Origin: a virus
Lineage: Duplodnaviria > Caudoviricetes
IMG/VR virus record: IMGVR_UViG_3300013105_000005
Location: 1-64,000 of that record
Reading direction: 5' to 3' (one strand)
DNA: 64,000 nt
A program made the translations under genes and the position numbers. The first letter of the stretch is position 1; the number at the start of each line of letters is the position of its first letter. Under the pieces are notes generated by a model. The model ran no database searches. It saw only the letters and a list, made by a program, of their open reading frames with translations, and had not been told where the DNA came from. Shown here piece after piece: positions 37,825 through 47,390 of the stretch.

Positions 37825-38346
37825 GTGAATTTTCTGGAAGCGTTCGAAGCTCCAATCGTGGAGAAAATCGGCGGGGTGGCTGTAAGTTTCCCCGTCCTGT
37901 CGATTGATGACTACGCGCCGTGGGTCGCGGAGATCGCGGCGGCGCGCAAGCAGGTGGCCAAAGCATCCATCCCCCGCGCCATTGACCCGCAGACCAAGCT
38001 GCCAACGCTGCTGAACCCTACGGCGCAGTGGAGCATTAACCAGCGCATCGAGAATATCGAATGCGGTCTCGAAGATGTGGCCGAGAAGGTTTGGACGCTG
38101 GCGGGCGCTCGTCGCGTGCTGACGATGAGCCTCGCGAAAGCGGGTCTTTCCGAAGAGGACCAAAAGCAGGTGTTGGCTCGGATTAAGCCGGTGAGGTTGC
38201 ACGCCCTGGCCGTCGAGGTATCGGGACTGTTTGAGGCCAAGCCAGAAGCGGAGAAGGCTGACGCCAAGCCAGCGGAGGGCCAGCCCGACCCAAACTCCAA
38301 CTTGCCGGCGGTCAACCAGCAACCCACCGGCGCAACTGGCTCTTAG
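37825..38346 (+). CDS. tail assembly chaperone (gpG-like)
   Basis: Between tube and tape measure; carries slippery site. Confidence 0.7.
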   Translation: MNFLEAFEAPIVEKIGGVAVSFPVLSIDDYAPWVAEIAAARKQVAKASIPRAIDPQTKLPTLLNPTAQWSINQRIENIECGLEDVAEKVWTLAGARRVLTMSLAKAGLSEEDQKQVLARIKPVRLHALAVEVSGLFEAKPEAEKADAKPAEGQPDPNSNLPAVNQQPTGATGS

Positions 38347-38504
38347 ACCTGATGCTGGTGCATCGCTATAGCGGCAGGGATGGCCGCAAGATGAGTTGGA
38401 TCGTGTTCCAAGGCGTCCTCGGTCGTATCCAGAAGCTGCGGCGGATGGAAGCGGGCAAGATGCCCAGCGACCGGGAGAGGTTGATGGATAAGTTCGTCGG
38501 CTAG
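38289..38504 (+). CDS. -1 frameshift extension of tail assembly chaperone (gpGT-like)
   Basis: In-frame C_CCA_AAC heptamer 38289-38295; -1 frame open to TAG 38502-38504. Confidence 0.65.
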   Translation, partial: PKLQLAGGQPATHRRNWLLDLMLVHRYSGRDGRKMSWIVFQGVLGRIQKLRRMEAGKMPSDRERLMDKFVG

Positions 38505-39184
38505 ACACCATCGATCTTGAGGATACGCGAAAACTCCTCTGGCATACTGGCATGCTTTCGACAATTGCAACTGCGGCAGGAAGGAACGAGATTAGCTACA
38601 CAGTGCTTTCCCCCTTTGGCGAGCGGAATCTTGTGGTCAACATGCCGAAGTCTGCGCGGCACAGGACGACCGCACCAATGGCAAAGGATAACGGATGATT
38701 CTCGTACCCAGAGATAGAAATCTGCGATAGACTTGGGATCGCCAACTGTCCGGATTTTTATTCGGCGATGACGATTGATGACGTTCAGCAAGAACTTGGC
38801 GTAGTTTTTCCGGTACCATTCGCGATGGCGGACCTTTATCTTGTCGGCATGCAATCGCCATTTCTTTAATCCTTGAAGCCTGTACTTTTCTGGATTCCTC
38901 TTTCGGTCTAGTCGTCGCTCACGATTATATTTACCTCTTTCGCGATAGTACCGATCCCGCATGCGTTGTAGTTTTTGAGGTCGGTTTTCTGCATGCCGTT
39001 TTCTCCAATCGGATTTATGCGCATCGTAATATTGCTTGTGTCGTAGCTGAATCACCTCCTTGTTTTTGCGGTACATTTTTCGGTGAAGCTTTTGTAAATA
39101 TCGCTTCCGGTGTGGATCGTTTCTCCGCTTCGCTTCATAGGCTTGGTGATACGCCTTCCGCTTTTCTGGGTCTTTGTGTGGCAT
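38501..39184 (-). CDS. HNH endonuclease with long basic N-terminal helical repeats
   Basis: CHWC...HVDHKIPLAKGGKHCVANLVPSCRSCNCRK; ATG 39184. Confidence 0.9.
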   Translation of the reverse strand: MPHKDPEKRKAYHQAYEAKRRNDPHRKRYLQKLHRKMYRKNKEVIQLRHKQYYDAHKSDWRKRHAENRPQKLQRMRDRYYRERGKYNRERRLDRKRNPEKYRLQGLKKWRLHADKIKVRHREWYRKNYAKFLLNVINRHRRIKIRTVGDPKSIADFYLWVRESSVILCHWCGRPVPRRLRHVDHKIPLAKGGKHCVANLVPSCRSCNCRKHASMPEEFSRILKIDGV

Positions 39185-39192
39185 AGTGAATC

Positions 39193-39555
39193 TCAAGCTA
39201 CCAGCAACCCCGCGCATTTCCGGCACAAACCAACGCCCGTACCTTCAGGAATCAGAATCCCAGTCTTGCACTTGACGCAGCAGGTGTCGATGTATCCCGC
39301 TGGAACGGATGGATGACGCCGTTCCAACTCGGCTTGAGCCTCATCAATCATCACCTGCGGGTTATCGAATGCAGTCGGTTGCGGATCGGCGATAATCTGC
39401 CGGAGAATCTCATCGGTCACGTTGCGGAATCCAGGGTACTTCAGCGGCGGCTCGTTCTGTCCGCACCGCGTCAGTTCCTCTTGGCGGTCAATCTCGTCGT
39501 AAAACGCCTCAAGGTCCAGTTGCTCCAACGACGGAATGGGTGTAAAAGCTGACAT
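39193..39555 (-). CDS. hypothetical protein with C-terminal Zn ribbon
   Basis: GGAGG RBS; CVKC...CRKC. Confidence 0.6.
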   Translation of the reverse strand: MSAFTPIPSLEQLDLEAFYDEIDRQEELTRCGQNEPPLKYPGFRNVTDEILRQIIADPQPTAFDNPQVMIDEAQAELERRHPSVPAGYIDTCCVKCKTGILIPEGTGVGLCRKCAGLLVA

Positions 39556-39711
39556 GCTTAAGCCTCCGAAATAGGTTTAGGCCACGCCGTCGGGTGTACC
39601 ACCACCGCGACGGCATTTCTTTAACTGACGTATATCATACGTAAAATATCTTCGCTTGCAAGCGCAAAATTTTAAGATTGCACGGAATCTTACGTAAGCT
39701 ATACTTGTGGC

Positions 39712-39909
39712 ATGCCACGGCCACGAAAACTGGACAGATCGCTCTACACCGCTACGATGCATCGACCACTCTTGGAGCGGCTTGACCTATTCGCCGAAAG
39801 AAACGGGCAGACAAGATCGGCTGCGATTGAAGATGCGGTATCGTGTTACTTGGAGCGGGAAGAGGCTAAGCAAAGCGGAAACATCAAAAGACGTGTAGCG
39901 CGTCAATAG
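39712..39909 (+). CDS. ribbon-helix-helix (CopG-like) regulator, leaderless
   Basis: LLERLDLFAERNGQTRSAAIEDAV; TTGCAC-16-TATACT-6 nt-ATG. Confidence 0.75.
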   Translation: MPRPRKLDRSLYTATMHRPLLERLDLFAERNGQTRSAAIEDAVSCYLEREEAKQSGNIKRRVARQ

Positions 39910-40058
39910 CGAGATTCTTTGGGTCCAGATGGGGATTTAATCGAATCATCCGATTTTCTGGTTGCTGCATCCCTCACGCCATCTCGGACCGCCAGACGAA
40001 CAACGAAATACCCCAGTACCACGGCAATAGCCAATTCCACAAAGAATTCTGGCGTCAT
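39903..40058 (-). CDS. single-TM micropeptide (51 aa, MTPEFFVELAIAVVLGYFVVRLAVRDG...)
   Basis: Translated by hand; TTGACG-17-TAACTT-8 nt-ATG. Confidence 0.6.
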   Translation of the reverse strand: MTPEFFVELAIAVVLGYFVVRLAVRDGVRDAATRKSDDSIKSPSGPKESRY

Positions 40059-40100
40059 GGAAGTTCAAGTTAGCCCCCCAGCCACCTCGCGTCAATCAAA

Positions 40101-42539
40101 ATGAGTGCAGCCACCCCAGCAGGTGCCGTCAGCATCGCGTTTCAACCGGAAACCTCAACGGTTGACGCTTACTTAGAAAATCTGCGCAAAGGCGTAGATG
40201 TCCCCCTGCGCGCCAAGTGGATCGGACCCAGCGGAGAACCTACGCCACCAGCTTCGGCGCAAGTATCCACGCCTGCGCCAACTACCTTTTCTTCGGCGCG
40301 TGACAATTACGTTGGTCCTTCTGGCACTGGCTCATTCACCGGCCCAGCGGGATTGGCGTTTACGGCGGGACAAGGATTTTCGGTTGAACCGGAATCGCCA
40401 GAGGATCGAGCGGCCACCAAAACCATCGGGCCAATTCCGCCGAAGGTTGAGCCATCGCGTGCCGTATTGGACCTCGGCTCTGCCTTGACCGTAGCCGAGC
40501 AAAAAGCGCGTTCCATGAAAGAGGCGGCGGCGGGGCCAATCGACGTTGCCGGCGTAAACGAGTCTTCATCGCACGAAGGAGTGAGTCTGGCCTCTTCAGT
40601 TGGCGCGGTGCCGCCAGCATTGACCGCAGCGGCAGACCGAATGTTGCGCGCTGCAGAGCAGATGGAACGCGCCGCTGGATTGCAGGAACGATCATCGCAG
40701 CGGCGGGAATCTTCTTACACGCCAGAGCAGAGAGAGCAGCAAGTTGTTTCGGCGCGGTTGCAGCGGAGAGCAGCCCGCGACCTGGGCATCAGCAGCGCGG
40801 AAGCAACCGCACTTGGCATTCCCGAATCGGAGAAAGAAGAGGAGGAGGGGGCAGAGCCAATTGCTCGACCGCGTGGCCGTGGCGGCATGCCGTTCATGCT
40901 TCCACGAGGTCCGCGTTCGATATTCGCTCAAGGCGGCAGGGCACTTAGCCGTCGCTTCGGCGGGGCCGGCGCATTCGCCGCTGCCTATGTGGGCTATGAA
41001 GCTTATCAGGGCGCAAATGAACTGGTAACCGAATACAACCAGCGGCGCGTTGCCCAATTGACGGGACAAAATATTTTTCAGCAGGCCGGAAGAATCCGCG
41101 AAGAAGCATCGGACTTGCGTGGTGGGAATCTGGTCAACTTCGGCATCACGCGGAGCATGGAGTTTATCAGCGACCAGCTTGGATCTGCTGGCGTGAATGC
41201 TCCTGAGTTTCTTACCCGCGCCCGTTCCGCCGAAAGTTATTACGCCAGTATTGAACGCGCGGGAGGCGAGCGAGATTTCCTGCATGCCAGCCGCCGCGAA
41301 GAAGTTTTGCGCAACCGAGCGATCCGCGAGGCTGGTGAGGTCAACCCATTTGCTCGCGAACGCCTGAATATCCAGACACAGGCCGTCGAAGCCACGCAAG
41401 GCATAAGCGAGCGGTACAACGCTGAATTACTCAAGTACAACGACGTGAACGATCCGCAACAGCGGATGCGTGACGAACTTGAAAAAGAAAGAGCGGAAGC
41501 GCTAAAGCGAAACGATGACTTGTATCAGGCGCGCCTGCGCGGACAGCAACGCGACGAATCCGCCCAATATCGCGCCCAAGCCTACACCAGCCGGGGCCAG
41601 ACCATCGCCAATGCCGCCCGATTGCGTGGCGACGTGCAAGGCGCATTATCCGCCGAAGCTTTCGGCGCTTACCAATCCTTCCGAGCCACCGAAGCCCAGC
41701 GGTACGATCTGACTACACCAGAGGGCAGTCGCGCACGCGATACCGCCCTCGAAAACCTCGCATCGAACTACAACACACAGGGCCAGCTTGCGCGGCAATC
41801 CGAGCAATCCCAGCGCATCAGCATGGCCGGCGAAAGCGAATCGCTTGGCTTTGCCATTGCCCGCCGTCCGTTGCAGGCGCAGATTGCCGCGATCCAGTCG
41901 CAGACCCAAGCAGCCATCAACGAGGAGCACCGTCCCGAATTTGTGCAGCGGATTTTTGAGGAGGGAGAACAGCGCAAGCAACTGGCGGCGCAGGAATACA
42001 ACGACCGCCAGCAGATGCAGCTTTTCTCCCTGCGCTCACAAACTGAACGATTCAATATCGAAGCGGGCCTGACGCCACAATCGCAGGGCCAGACCTTGCC
42101 GACGCGGCGCGTCTTGGAAGAGATTCAGGACATTACTTCAGGCACCGAAGCCGAGCGCCGACTGCTGGTGATTGAAGGCGCACCGGATGATCTATTGCAT
42201 GCCAATGCGCAACGCGGACGCGCCCAGCTTGCGGCATTTCGCTCGCGCCTGACCGAATCTCAACGCGGCACCGAGATTGACCCCTTCGCACAATCGGCGA
42301 CGGGCATCGGAACTTTGGATATCGGCAGCATCCAAAAAAGGATTGCGGCGGCGTTCAAAGATGTAAGCCGCGAGGATCGCAATCCTGGCGACAACGCGAG
42401 TATTTCAAATTCCGGCGGCGCTGGCGCAAACGTCGGGCAAAACGTACAGCAAATTCAGCAGGTTCTGGCGCAAAGTCTTCAAGTTCAGCAGCAGCTTTAC
42501 GATCTCTGGCGAGGGCTTGGCCCCGTCGTTTCCGCATAG
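40101..42539 (+). CDS. tape measure protein
   Basis: 812 aa, helical A/Q/R/E-rich, position after chaperone. Confidence 0.75.
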   Translation: MSAATPAGAVSIAFQPETSTVDAYLENLRKGVDVPLRAKWIGPSGEPTPPASAQVSTPAPTTFSSARDNYVGPSGTGSFTGPAGLAFTAGQGFSVEPESPEDRAATKTIGPIPPKVEPSRAVLDLGSALTVAEQKARSMKEAAAGPIDVAGVNESSSHEGVSLASSVGAVPPALTAAADRMLRAAEQMERAAGLQERSSQRRESSYTPEQREQQVVSARLQRRAARDLGISSAEATALGIPESEKEEEEGAEPIARPRGRGGMPFMLPRGPRSIFAQGGRALSRRFGGAGAFAAAYVGYEAYQGANELVTEYNQRRVAQLTGQNIFQQAGRIREEASDLRGGNLVNFGITRSMEFISDQLGSAGVNAPEFLTRARSAESYYASIERAGGERDFLHASRREEVLRNRAIREAGEVNPFARERLNIQTQAVEATQGISERYNAELLKYNDVNDPQQRMRDELEKERAEALKRNDDLYQARLRGQQRDESAQYRAQAYTSRGQTIANAARLRGDVQGALSAEAFGAYQSFRATEAQRYDLTTPEGSRARDTALENLASNYNTQGQLARQSEQSQRISMAGESESLGFAIARRPLQAQIAAIQSQTQAAINEEHRPEFVQRIFEEGEQRKQLAAQEYNDRQQMQLFSLRSQTERFNIEAGLTPQSQGQTLPTRRVLEEIQDITSGTEAERRLLVIEGAPDDLLHANAQRGRAQLAAFRSRLTESQRGTEIDPFAQSATGIGTLDIGSIQKRIAAAFKDVSREDRNPGDNASISNSGGAGANVGQNVQQIQQVLAQSLQVQQQLYDLWRGLGPVVSA

Positions 42540-42566
42540 CCGCGCTCCCTTCACCCAAAAACTAAA

Positions 42567-43457
42567 ATGGCCACAGCCGTAGCGGACATCGTTCATCCCG
42601 CCGCTTACATCGAGCAGCACGTTGAAATCGGCAACGTCGTTTATCAGGCTACGCGCGTGTTCAGCGTTACCGGCCTTTCGGCAGACGGGCCGGCCAATAC
42701 GCTGCAATCCCGCGCCCAGCGCACCGCCGGAATCCCGAAAGTTGGCGATGCCCACCCCGATTCGGTGCCCGCGTCATTTGGCTGCGTCGTGCGCGGCATT
42801 CGTACCCAGCCCATCCCGCAGAGTGATGATGCGTGTTACGTCTATGTGGACTACTGGACGGTCATCCCGCAGTTTCAAGGCGGCGTCGGCATCATCTCGA
42901 TAGAGCGCGATACAAATTTGTCCTTTGAGACTGGCGATCGTCACTACGGAAGCGGCCAGCAAATCCTTATCAACCCGCCGCGAAACAAAGGCGGTACGAA
43001 AACGCTGGCCGGCTCGCCTGTCCCTGGCTCTCGCTCGTTTGGCCTGCCACTGCGCCGCATGATCATTCGCGCCGCAGTAGTGCCGCAGAATCTTGCATCC
43101 ATCGAAGTGCAGGTTGGCACCGTTAACGGCGACAGCACCTGGTTTGGGCTTCAGCGCGGATACTGGAGATTCGACAGCTTCCGTGATGTGTATCAACTCG
43201 GCACCGGCAACATCGTCGTTGAAGCGGAATTTTTGACCCGCAATACCCGCAACTGGCACACCTTCACGGTTCGCACCAGCGAAATCAACGGGGAGATTAT
43301 TGCTGTGAATACGCAGGACATGACCGCCGCCATGCAAGCCTCTTACGTCTATGGCATCCAGCAATTTCCTGGCATAACGGTTGTCGGGGATTACCCTGCG
43401 GTCACCTTTGGACCCGGCGGGTTGTTCGGCATCAGCAAGAATCCATTCCTTCCCTAA
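42567..43457 (+). CDS. distal tail/hub protein (putative)
   Basis: Follows tape measure; P..GD.HP motif. Confidence 0.55.
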   Translation: MATAVADIVHPAAYIEQHVEIGNVVYQATRVFSVTGLSADGPANTLQSRAQRTAGIPKVGDAHPDSVPASFGCVVRGIRTQPIPQSDDACYVYVDYWTVIPQFQGGVGIISIERDTNLSFETGDRHYGSGQQILINPPRNKGGTKTLAGSPVPGSRSFGLPLRRMIIRAAVVPQNLASIEVQVGTVNGDSTWFGLQRGYWRFDSFRDVYQLGTGNIVVEAEFLTRNTRNWHTFTVRTSEINGEIIAVNTQDMTAAMQASYVYGIQQFPGITVVGDYPAVTFGPGGLFGISKNPFLP

Positions 43458-44197
43458 TGGCCGAAGTCTCTCTTAAATCCCTAACCGATTGGCCTACCGG
43501 CAAAAATGTTTTGCCGAAGGGTTCGCACTTGCAGGAGAGCGTCGATGCCCTGCGCGAGATCGCCAACGCCAGCGGCTATGACCTGCGCCACCACCGCAAG
43601 ACCATCACCGCCGATTGGAAGCTCGGCAAGATCGTCGCCGCTGGCCCAAACAATGAAGCCGACTACGACGACGAGCGCTATTGGATAGAGCTGCAAGCCA
43701 TCTCCGACGCCGACCCCACCGACACGCTGCAAGTCGAGGTAGACGACTCCGAACCGTACGTTGACAACAGCGGAAATCCCAAGCCGATCATCACCGCGAC
43801 AAACCTTTTCGAGTTTCTTGACAGCTCGCACCAACTCGCCACCGATCGCCTCGTTTGGGTGAAAGGAAAACTCGACCTCGGCCAGCCGCAGCAAATCCAC
43901 TGGCAATTCGAGGCAAGCCCGCCGCGCCCATTCTTCGTGGTCCTCGTCACAGACGGCGGTGCCAACGCTGCCACGCCGACGGGCGTAGCCACCTACACCT
44001 ATACCGCCAAGACGCCCGACTCCCTTGTGGTCATCGCCACCGGGCTTAGTCCCGTGAATAGCTTCAACCCATCCACGAACCGAGAGCAAGGTGTCTTGAC
44101 TGGCCCGGCGACGTGCGGGGAATTGCGGCGCAATCCAGACGGATCATATTCCATCATCTCCTGCAACGAGCGCCGCGCCCTGATTCTCTGCCCGTGA
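43457..44197 (+). CDS. tail tip protein (putative)
   Basis: TAATG coupling; position. Confidence 0.5.
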   Translation: MAEVSLKSLTDWPTGKNVLPKGSHLQESVDALREIANASGYDLRHHRKTITADWKLGKIVAAGPNNEADYDDERYWIELQAISDADPTDTLQVEVDDSEPYVDNSGNPKPIITATNLFEFLDSSHQLATDRLVWVKGKLDLGQPQQIHWQFEASPPRPFFVVLVTDGGANAATPTGVATYTYTAKTPDSLVVIATGLSPVNSFNPSTNREQGVLTGPATCGELRRNPDGSYSIISCNERRALILCP

Positions 44198-44967
44198 CCG
44201 CCTTCCCCTCCATCTACATCCCGCGCCGTCCGCGCATCCTCACTGCCGCCGAGTATGCCGCCAGCAAGCTCCGTCAGGCCGGCAACGCGGCGCTGGACAA
44301 GGCCAAGCGACTTCGCGCCAGCCTCGGCACCCTCATGGCCCAAGGCGGCTTTGCGGGCGCTGGCGGGGAGTACGTCAATGCTGGCGGTGCGATCGTCGGC
44401 GACACGGCGAACTGCGGGGCGTGCCCGTGCGGGAGCGGGAGCGGCGGTTGCCCCGATGGCTGCGCGTTGCCCTTCGGGTTTCTTTTGACGTTCGCTGGGG
44501 GCGACGCAACGGGTGGATGCGATTCGAGCAACACGTTCGCCTACGCCGGCTCGATGGATGGTGTATCGCTATGTGTCAACGCGCTTGGCACCATCATGGG
44601 CGTGGCCGGATGTGACGGAGCGCCATGCTGCTACGCATTTTGTGACGCAGTTCCTTTCTATTTGACGGGATGTGGACTTGGTGGGGTCGGCGGAGCCCCG
44701 ACCGGAAACAACCGTTTCAATTTAGTACTTAGGCGAGTTGTCGGAGGCTGGCGGATCAACTTTTATCCCGGTTGCAGCGCTTGTATTGGAGCAACTGGCT
44801 TCGGACAGTTTTGGTCCGATTGGTCCAGCGTCGATTATTCGATGTTTGTTGCATCGGATTGCACGAGTACTTGCACTCTCAGTCTTCCTGCGTTGACATT
44901 TGCTCCGACCGACGGTTCGGTTTTGGCGACTGCCGCCACAGTCACGATCACGCCGGGGGGATGCTGA
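44194..44967 (+). CDS. Cys-rich tail-tip protein (17 Cys)
   Basis: GTGA coupling; CGACPC...GCPDGC, CC clusters. Confidence 0.6.
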   Translation: MTAFPSIYIPRRPRILTAAEYAASKLRQAGNAALDKAKRLRASLGTLMAQGGFAGAGGEYVNAGGAIVGDTANCGACPCGSGSGGCPDGCALPFGFLLTFAGGDATGGCDSSNTFAYAGSMDGVSLCVNALGTIMGVAGCDGAPCCYAFCDAVPFYLTGCGLGGVGGAPTGNNRFNLVLRRVVGGWRINFYPGCSACIGATGFGQFWSDWSSVDYSMFVASDCTSTCTLSLPALTFAPTDGSVLATAATVTITPGGC

Positions 44968-46460
44968 TGCTTGCCAAGCCGATTGAGATTTGCCACCACT
45001 GCTATCTGCATCAATTCCGCCCCGCCGAATCGAAGATAGTTTGCCTCGCCACGCCCGCCGAAAACAATATCGTCACCCAATCCCGCCTCGGCTGCCCCCA
45101 CGGCCTGCACACCCATCCCCTCCCCCAGCACACCACCCCGCCCGCCGAACTATCCCTTCCCGGCGAATCCGATACCGACCGCCTCTTCCGCGCCGCCTGG
45201 CGCACCCTTCACCGCCGCCCCGGCACGCTCCCCGAAGACTTCGACCGCGAAGCCGAGCGGCGATGGCTGGCGTTCCTGCCACTGAACATCCCCAAGAAAT
45301 GCGGCTGCAAGGTGACGCCCGCCACAGTGATGCAAGCGGCCAAGGTGGGCGCTGCGCGGGCCTGGTGGGCATGGGCGCTCGAGCAATTCCCCATCGACCT
45401 GACTTCGCGGCGGACCTATCACGATTCGCTCTGCCGAATCCACAACGCCAAGAACGCGGAACTGGACAAGCCGCAACTGACGCCGGCCCATTCGGCGCGG
45501 GTTCATGGATGCCTGCATCTGTTTGACCCGGAAGAAATCGCCGAAGACGTGGAGCAAACCGGGCCTGTCGGCGTGTACCTCAATGCCGATTGGGGGCTTG
45601 GCGATGCAGTGTGCCTTACGGCTTCGCTGAGGGACGCTGCGGCGGCATACCCCTCTGAGTACGAGTTTTTCCTTTCGACGCCCTATGGTGACGTATTCCG
45701 CAATCTGCCGGGGGTCTACGTGGGAACCAAGGCGGCGGGGGAGCGATTGCCAGAGATACGGTCGCGGCTGAACGGGCCGCACCACGGAGAGATACACCTG
45801 ATTGACTTCCTGCGCGATAAGCTGTCGGCCATCCTGGGGCGGAAGATCCCGCCGGGACCGCAGAAGCCGCACCTGGTGCTCGGGCAGGACGAGACGATTT
45901 CCCCGCCGGTCGCCGGTCGGTATTGGGTGCTGAGTTGCGGGCATCGCGTCGATATCACCGCGAAAAGCTGGCCGGCGGAGAACTGGCAGGCCGTCATCAG
46001 TGCCCTACCCGACGTGCAATTTGTCCGCGTAGGTCAGACCTGCAAATGGGACGTACAGCCGCCGCTATCGGGCATCGCCGCCGACCTGACCGGGAAGACC
46101 AGCATCCGCGATCTTATCCGGCTCATCGGACACCCCAACTGCATCGGCGTGCTTGGCGGTGAGTCTTCCGCCATTCACATTGCCGCTGGATTCGGGAAGC
46201 GCATGGTCTGTATTGCCGGCGACAGGATGCTCAAGGCGGCGGTGTGCTATGAAGGGGAAGATTACCTGGGCGACAACGGCTTTGCCTGTACCGGATGCGT
46301 CAAGTATCGCGTGAAGCCGCTGGCCATCCCCGACGATCAGTGGCCGCACCATGACAGGAGTCTGTGCGTGCTGCCGTTGGAACGTGGATTCGCGTCCTGC
46401 ATGGAAGCGGTTAAGCCAGCCGACGTAATTGCCCGTATTGCGAGTGCCCCGCATGGATGA
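44967..46460 (+). CDS. fusion: Cys motif, Erv1/Alr-like thiol-oxidase segment, GT9-family glycosyltransferase
   Basis: TGATG start; PIDLTSR...LCRIHNAKNAELDKPQL; GLGDAV, KSWPAENW, DLTGKTSIRDL, ESSAIHIAA. Confidence 0.75.
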   Translation: MLAKPIEICHHCYLHQFRPAESKIVCLATPAENNIVTQSRLGCPHGLHTHPLPQHTTPPAELSLPGESDTDRLFRAAWRTLHRRPGTLPEDFDREAERRWLAFLPLNIPKKCGCKVTPATVMQAAKVGAARAWWAWALEQFPIDLTSRRTYHDSLCRIHNAKNAELDKPQLTPAHSARVHGCLHLFDPEEIAEDVEQTGPVGVYLNADWGLGDAVCLTASLRDAAAAYPSEYEFFLSTPYGDVFRNLPGVYVGTKAAGERLPEIRSRLNGPHHGEIHLIDFLRDKLSAILGRKIPPGPQKPHLVLGQDETISPPVAGRYWVLSCGHRVDITAKSWPAENWQAVISALPDVQFVRVGQTCKWDVQPPLSGIAADLTGKTSIRDLIRLIGHPNCIGVLGGESSAIHIAAGFGKRMVCIAGDRMLKAAVCYEGEDYLGDNGFACTGCVKYRVKPLAIPDDQWPHHDRSLCVLPLERGFASCMEAVKPADVIARIASAPHG

Positions 46461-47067
46461 AATTTCAATAGACCCCGCAGGCGTTCAGATCGTCGAACCT
46501 GTCGCACGCGATGGGAACGTATCGGAATCTGAATTGAGGATTCTCTCCAAGCTGGCACAGGGCAGAGAGTCTTTGTTGGAAATCGGCACATTTGACGGAC
46601 GCACCACCGTTAATCTCGCCATCCATTGCGCGCCGCATGGTCGCGTATGGACGCTGGACCTTCCCGCTGGGCAGACGCCCGTATTTACATCGCACCCCGC
46701 AGACCTGAATTACATCCATGCGGAGAAGCCGCCCCGATGGCTGAAGTACCAGGATGCGGCCATGAAGATCACTGCGCTGGCCGGCGATTCCGCGTCCTAC
46801 GACTTCGGCACCCTGAGATTCGACTTCATTTTCGTTGACGGCTGCCACGCCGCCGATTGCGTCAGGAGCGACACCTACCGAATGCTTTCCTTAATTCTTC
46901 CGGGCGGCATTTGTCTGTGGCACGATTACGGGGGATGCTTCCGCAGCGTCACGGGCGTTCTGGATGATATGGCCCGGTTCCTGCCGATGAGGCGCATTGA
47001 GGGAACGTCGCTGGTGGTGTACCAGTGCCGCCACAATCCCGATTGGAACGCATTGGCTTCCCCCTGA
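46453..47067 (+). CDS. class I SAM-dependent methyltransferase (Methyltransf_24-like)
   Basis: LLEIGTFDGRTT, FDFIFVDGCH, GGICLWHDY. Confidence 0.85.
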   Translation: MDEISIDPAGVQIVEPVARDGNVSESELRILSKLAQGRESLLEIGTFDGRTTVNLAIHCAPHGRVWTLDLPAGQTPVFTSHPADLNYIHAEKPPRWLKYQDAAMKITALAGDSASYDFGTLRFDFIFVDGCHAADCVRSDTYRMLSLILPGGICLWHDYGGCFRSVTGVLDDMARFLPMRRIEGTSLVVYQCRHNPDWNALASP

Positions 47068-47390
47068 GCCCCGGAATGTCCTCTACGCGATCCACGTACA
47101 TATGCCCGCACCGCCACGCCGTATCGAACGATGATCGCCACGCGGCAATGTAGCCGTAGCGTCCGACGGCGTAGCCCAGCGCGAAGCCACGATACTTGAT
47201 GCCAAGCGGCGTGACGCTTATCACGGGTTCTCCTTCATCTTGAACGACTCCCGCCACTCGACACGCTTCCGCAGCTCCGCATTCTCCGCGCGCAGGTGGC
47301 GGACTTCGACGATGAGCAAGCACGCCTGAAAAGAGTAGGGGTCGCTCTTGCACTGTAGCCGCATTTCCAGTTCCTCCAGTTCCGCATCGG

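Noticed and set aside
34392-44197. Contractile (Mu-like) tail
   Set aside because: Despite Mu-like head genes, no sheath or baseplate-wedge motifs; a single tube gene with G/GT chaperone and tape measure fits a non-contractile tail.
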